Positions 59,788 to 64,000 of a DNA stretch of 64,000 nucleotides are shown in pieces. The translations under genes and the position numbers were made by a program. The first letter of the stretch is position 1; each line of letters begins with the position of its first letter. The notes under the pieces are model-generated. The model ran no database searches. It had not been told where the DNA came from and saw only the letters and a list, made by a program, of their open reading frames with translations. The DNA is from Nanobdellati archaeon (GTDB lineage Archaea > EX4484-52 > GLR71), in NCBI GenBank assembly GCA_019429125.1, contig JAHYJO010000001.1:32001-96000 (forward strand), given 5' to 3'.

Positions 59788-60728
59788 AAATGATTAAAAA
59801 TGTAAATATCTTATTTTGGAGTGTATTTATTTCTATGTTTATTTTTTATCCGTCATTTTCATTTGCTCATGAATCTGATGTTTTTGAGTCATATTCTATT
59901 TTTGTGGATGTAGGTCCTAATTTAATAAAATATAGTTATGACTTTGTATTGGTTTTGGAGGGGGGTAAACATGTCTATGATTTTGTTTTTGCGCCAGATT
60001 CAAAAGATGTGCGTGTGTTGTTAAATAATGTGCCTGTTGATTGTAGTAGTTCTTTTGAGGTAGGTAAGACTATTGTCTTATGTGATATGTCTAATGCGCT
60101 TTCTGGAAAAAATTATGTGTCTGCAGAATATATAAGTTCTTATTCATTGTTTGATTTTGAAAATATGAAGATGTTTAAGGATTCTTTTGATATTGGTGGT
60201 AATGCTATTTATTTTAAGTTATCAGTAAAACTTCCGTTAGGGTATATCCTTCCTGCTCGGTCGGATTATTTTGTGACTCCAACACCTGACATTATTTATT
60301 CTGATGGACGGCGACATATAATTTCATGGGATTATAATAATGTCTCATCATTTGATGTTTCAGTTATTTTTGAACCATCATCTGGTATTGATAGTGGTGT
60401 GTCTTATGTATCTTTATTGTTTTATTTATTGTTTGGATTTTTAGTTGTGCGTTATTTCATATATTATCGTGTCAATCGAAAAAAAACTGAAATTAAGGAA
60501 ATTGTATATTCGCATCTTCTTGAAAGTGAGAGTGCAGTTGTGGATGCGCTTCAAGCTAATATGGGTGTTCTTAAACAGAAAGAGTTGCAGGATATAACTA
60601 GCTTTTCAAAGGCAAAATTGAGTAGGGTTATTACTAATCTTGAATCTCGTGGTATTGTTAAAAAGAAACCTTTCGGTAACAGTAACAAGATATTTTTGAT
60701 TGTTGCTGATAAAGTCAAAAAGCAATAA
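59784..60728 (+). CDS. Transmembrane regulator: extracellular beta domain, TM, cytoplasmic wHTH (COG2512-like)
   Basis: Signal peptide; LPxG...P...SDGR; TM; L.ESE..VV..L...G...QKELQ..TSFSKAKLSRVITNLESRGIVKK. Confidence 0.88.
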   Translation: MKMIKNVNILFWSVFISMFIFYPSFSFAHESDVFESYSIFVDVGPNLIKYSYDFVLVLEGGKHVYDFVFAPDSKDVRVLLNNVPVDCSSSFEVGKTIVLCDMSNALSGKNYVSAEYISSYSLFDFENMKMFKDSFDIGGNAIYFKLSVKLPLGYILPARSDYFVTPTPDIIYSDGRRHIISWDYNNVSSFDVSVIFEPSSGIDSGVSYVSLLFYLLFGFLVVRYFIYYRVNRKKTEIKEIVYSHLLESESAVVDALQANMGVLKQKELQDITSFSKAKLSRVITNLESRGIVKKKPFGNSNKIFLIVADKVKKQ

Positions 60729-60746
60729 AGTATGCAATAGGGGTTA

Positions 60747-60789
60747 TTGTTTCATCTTGTTCCACATTGTTTCAAGGAATGTTTATATA
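60747..60789 (+). promoter_or_regulatory. Three 10-bp-phased direct repeats (TTGTT[T/C]CA) upstream of a TATA box
   Basis: ttgtttca at 60747, ttgttcca at 60757, ttgtttca at 60767; tttatata at 60782-60789. Confidence 0.65.
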
Positions 60790-60864
60790 GGAGTATTATT
60801 GATTAGTTCTATGGATTGCTATTAGGTTGGCAATATTTTGTATATTTAAAAATGGTGAAATGAT

Positions 60865-62178
60865 ATGAAACGACAAAATTTAATGAAATTGTTTGCGCTT
60901 CTTGTCGCAGCTATGTATATGGTAGTTCCTGCAGCTTTTGCAGAGGATGCAGTAACTATGTTAACTAATACTGCTATAAATACTGCTGTTGGTGATGATG
61001 TCGCTGATCTTAATGACATTGCTGTACAAAGTGACGAAGAGGATTCAGCAGAGGCTGGTGTAACTCCTGATTCTCCGTTATACAGGTTGGATGTTGCGAT
61101 GGATAATATTGGTCTTATGTTTACATTCAATAAGGCAAAGAAAGCTGAGAAGAAGCTTGAGATTGCTAAGGAAAGGCTTAAGGAAGCAAAGATGATGGCT
61201 ATTGCTAATAATTTGGATGCTATGGAAAAAGCAAAAAATCGTCATGATGCGATGCTTCTTTCGGCTGAAGAAGATATTGAAGCAATTAATGGTAATGAGA
61301 CTAAAGCATTGATGAGCAATATTAGAATTAAGTCTATGTTAAAATTACATAATCAGGAAGTTGCTGATGTTGAACAGGAACTTACATTGAGAGTTCGTGG
61401 AAATCTTAAGGATAAACAGCAAGAAAAACTTGATTCATTTATTGAAAGTATGAAAGGCAGTTCTAAGTCTATTGAAGTAAAAGTTCAGAATAAGGAAGAA
61501 AAGATGAAAGCAGTGGTTAAGAGGACACGTAATCTGTCTGATGATGATGTTGATGCTGAATTTGAGAAGATTAATCGTGAAACCTTACGGGAACATATGA
61601 GTGTTAAGGCTCTTGATGTTATAGGTCAGGCTGAAGATGCAATTGGTCGTGCAGAAGATTTGATTGAAAAAAAATCTGAAGCAGGTAAGGATGTGACTTA
61701 TTCAATTGAGCAACTTGACGAAGCTAAAATTATTCTTTTAAAAGCAAAAGAATCTCTTGATAATGATGATGTTGAGGATTCTATTGAACAGGCTTTTAAG
61801 GCTAAAAGGATGGCTGTATATGCTGCAAGCGGGTTTTCTGTTGAGAAACTTATGAATACGCCTATGAAAGATAATGTGGAATTTAATGAAATGAAAGAAC
61901 AGATTCGTGAAAATATGGAAGAACGAGTACAAGTTCGTGAAAATATTCGTGAGCCGAAAGAAGAAATGATGCGGAATCGTGAAAATATTCGTGAGCCAAT
62001 GAAAGATAATAAGGGTGACAAAGATGTTGATTCTGATGATGACTTTGATGATGACTCTGATGATGAGAATAGTAATAATTCATCTAATATATCTTTGAAT
62101 GCATCTGTGTCAGGTACAGATAATAGTATGTCTGGTTCTGTGTCTGGTAATATCGGCAGTAAAAATTCCGGCCAATAA
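60865..62178 (+). CDS. Secreted helical DUF5667-like protein
   Basis: Signal peptide; AGVTPDSPLY.LD..., A.ERLKEA; coiled coils; RENIRE repeats; acidic and Ser-rich tail. Confidence 0.8.
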   Translation: MKRQNLMKLFALLVAAMYMVVPAAFAEDAVTMLTNTAINTAVGDDVADLNDIAVQSDEEDSAEAGVTPDSPLYRLDVAMDNIGLMFTFNKAKKAEKKLEIAKERLKEAKMMAIANNLDAMEKAKNRHDAMLLSAEEDIEAINGNETKALMSNIRIKSMLKLHNQEVADVEQELTLRVRGNLKDKQQEKLDSFIESMKGSSKSIEVKVQNKEEKMKAVVKRTRNLSDDDVDAEFEKINRETLREHMSVKALDVIGQAEDAIGRAEDLIEKKSEAGKDVTYSIEQLDEAKIILLKAKESLDNDDVEDSIEQAFKAKRMAVYAASGFSVEKLMNTPMKDNVEFNEMKEQIRENMEERVQVRENIREPKEEMMRNRENIREPMKDNKGDKDVDSDDDFDDDSDDENSNNSSNISLNASVSGTDNSMSGSVSGNIGSKNSGQ

Positions 62179-62228
62179 TAAATTTTAATTTAAAGGGGTT
62201 TTTATAACTCTCCTTTTTTTCTTTTTTC

Positions 62229-62396
62229 GGCACTGTTCAAAAAGTGAGTTATTTTTAATATTTTTAAAATATTGTTTGTTTATAAACTCCGGCAGAAATC
62301 CATTTAATATACACATTTTACGTAGAATTACAAAATAAATGAAGGTATTTAATTAACTACATTTTGTTTGAAATCACTCAAAAAATGAACTGTGCC
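62229..62396. mobile_element. MITE family C (168 bp) with IS6-like ends
   Basis: Imperfect TIRs ggcactgttca / tgaactgtgcc; exact 8-bp TSD cttttttc (62221-62228 and 62397-62404). Confidence 0.88.
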
Positions 62397-62547
62397 CTTT
62401 TTTCAAAAGATATATAAACTTGTATTGCTATTATTATGTGTGGAACGGTTTTATTTAAACGTTTCATCGGTTATTTTATTGTTCAATAAGGTCATTTTGA
62501 CTTTTTTTTCGATTTATGTTTTTAATTGATAATTATAGGTGATTTAA

Positions 62548-62988
62548 ATTAGTGAATTAAATGTAGACAAGCTTGTAAGTGAAGGTTGGATTAATGCGTG
62601 GCTTGTGTTTGATACTCAGGCTGTTGATAAAACTGTTCTAAAAGGACTTTTATCTGGTCTTTTGAATAAGATGAAACTTATTAAAGATGTAAAATTTATT
62701 AGTGATTCTCTAACTGAGCCTGAACCAATTGAACCTTCCGAACAGTTTACTAAAAAAGGTATAACTAAAGTCTTCAGTCAGGTGCTTGAGGTTGAGATTC
62801 TTGCAAAAGATTTTGAGACTTTATTGTATTTTGTCATAACATTCGGACCTACAACACTTGATGTTCTTGCTCCGAAATCTATAAAGTTTGATATGCGCCA
62901 GATGCAGAATACGCTTATACTTGTTTCTGAACTGATGCATAGTTATGCGGCGGCCGGTGCTGGTGGCATGGTACTTACAAAAGTATGA
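62548..62988 (+). CDS. Conserved-looking hypothetical protein, possible ATT start
   Basis: Frame is open from ATT 62548, 5 nt after AGGTGA; first canonical start is GTG 62605; SQVLEVE and FGPTTLDVLAP motifs. Confidence 0.7.
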   Translation: MSELNVDKLVSEGWINAWLVFDTQAVDKTVLKGLLSGLLNKMKLIKDVKFISDSLTEPEPIEPSEQFTKKGITKVFSQVLEVEILAKDFETLLYFVITFGPTTLDVLAPKSIKFDMRQMQNTLILVSELMHSYAAAGAGGMVLTKV

Positions 62989-62997
62989 TTGGTTTAG

Positions 62998-63921
62998 ATG
63001 TTTAAAAATAAATATTATGGGATATGTGTATCTTTTCTTTTACTCTTATTAATATCTGTTCCTGTGTCTGCTTCGCAGATAAGAAATCATGATATTGTTA
63101 TTGCAATTGATGATTTTGGGGTTGCTAAGACCTCTGTTATTGTGGATTATGAATCTTTGACTACTGACGAGATTTATTATTTTGTGTTTGCACAGATTGA
63201 TTCTTTTGGTGCACGGGATGATTATGGGATGCTGTTGTGTAATACTAATAGGTATTCATATGGGACTCAGATAACGTGTAAGCCAAACATTGTTGAAACT
63301 GTAAATTATACTGTATATCTTGATTTTAATATGGTCGGGTTGCAGTCTGTTTCTGCTGATGGTTTCTTTTTCTCTTATGATTATGGTATGAAAATTCCAA
63401 CAAATAATTTTAGCATATCATTTGTGCTTCCTACTGGTACTGCTATGGTCAAGCAGAATTCAGGTATTGCTCCATATTTTCCTGAAGGCGCAGTTATTGG
63501 TAGCACTGATGATGGCAGGCATATTACTGTTACTTGGAGTGTGGATGAACCTGAATTAGGTAGTGATTATTCTTATAAGGTTTTTTATGAGAAAGTTGTG
63601 GAGATTTATGCAAATCGTTGGTTTTATCCTGTTGTTGCATTTTTGAGTATTTTGCTTGTATTATTGTCGTTTATGTTGTTTAAGTTTAAGAAAGCAAGAA
63701 AGATAAAGACTGTTCTTTCTGTTTTGCATGATAGTGAGCGTAAGGTCATTGAGATTCTTATGGCAAATGAAGGTAAGTGCGACCAAAGGCAACTTGTTAA
63801 AGAAACTGGGTTTTCAAAGGCAAAGATGAGTAGGATGATGCTTGACCTTGAGGAGCGGGGTCTGATTACTAAGACTCGCCGTGGCAGGACTAATATTATT
63901 GAGCTTGTTGAGAAAAAGTAA
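62998..63921 (+). CDS. Second transmembrane wHTH regulator (paralogue of 59784-60728)
   Basis: Signal peptide; LPTG...FPE...TDDGR; TM; LHDSERKVIEIL...QRQLVKETGFSKAKMSRMMLDLEERGLI. Confidence 0.88.
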   Translation: MFKNKYYGICVSFLLLLLISVPVSASQIRNHDIVIAIDDFGVAKTSVIVDYESLTTDEIYYFVFAQIDSFGARDDYGMLLCNTNRYSYGTQITCKPNIVETVNYTVYLDFNMVGLQSVSADGFFFSYDYGMKIPTNNFSISFVLPTGTAMVKQNSGIAPYFPEGAVIGSTDDGRHITVTWSVDEPELGSDYSYKVFYEKVVEIYANRWFYPVVAFLSILLVLLSFMLFKFKKARKIKTVLSVLHDSERKVIEILMANEGKCDQRQLVKETGFSKAKMSRMMLDLEERGLITKTRRGRTNIIELVEKK

Positions 63922-63969
63922 AGATTGAGTTTTTAAGTTTAGAGTTTTTGGTGGTATTTTTATTTATAA

Positions 63970-63998
63970 TGTCACCTTTTGTCACCTTGATTATATAA
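63970..63998 (+). promoter_or_regulatory. Two 10-bp-phased direct repeats (TGTCACCTT) upstream of a TATA-like box
   Basis: tgtcacctt at 63970 and 63980; ttatataa at 63991; the downstream gene is outside the window. Confidence 0.55.
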
Positions 63999-64000
63999 TA

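Overview
AT-rich archaeal chromosome segment. Archaeal markers are aNAC, pelota, an A1Ao ATP synthase, a PRC-barrel CdpB-like protein, tRNA-Ser(GCT) without encoded CCA, TATA boxes and GGTGA-type RBSs. The gene style suggests a DPANN-type archaeon (inference). Main contents: (1) 0.9-12.8 kb, a cluster of secreted or membrane-anchored beta-rich proteins resembling a WxL/DUF916 (csc) or TasA-like filament locus; (2) 18.2-33.4 kb, a complete A/V-type ATPase in canonical H-I-K-E-C-F-A-B-D order, broken up by inserted genes, with two separate single-hairpin c subunits, one lacking the ion-binding Glu; (3) ferredoxin / nrdD / thioredoxin-like / nrdG, where NrdD stops just before its glycyl-radical motif; (4) a wHTH-MNT gene coupled to a HEPN-Nudix fusion; (5) a cassette of paralogous lipoprotein-like proteins and a second large Ig/CARDB surface cluster; (6) two transmembrane wHTH regulators, each followed by 10-bp-phased direct repeats just upstream of a TATA box; (7) three MITE families, one nested inside another with an exact 8-bp TSD, plus several ORFs with in-frame stops. 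No CRISPR, rRNA, transposase or integrase was seen. All family calls come from motif recognition by eye; no database searches were run.
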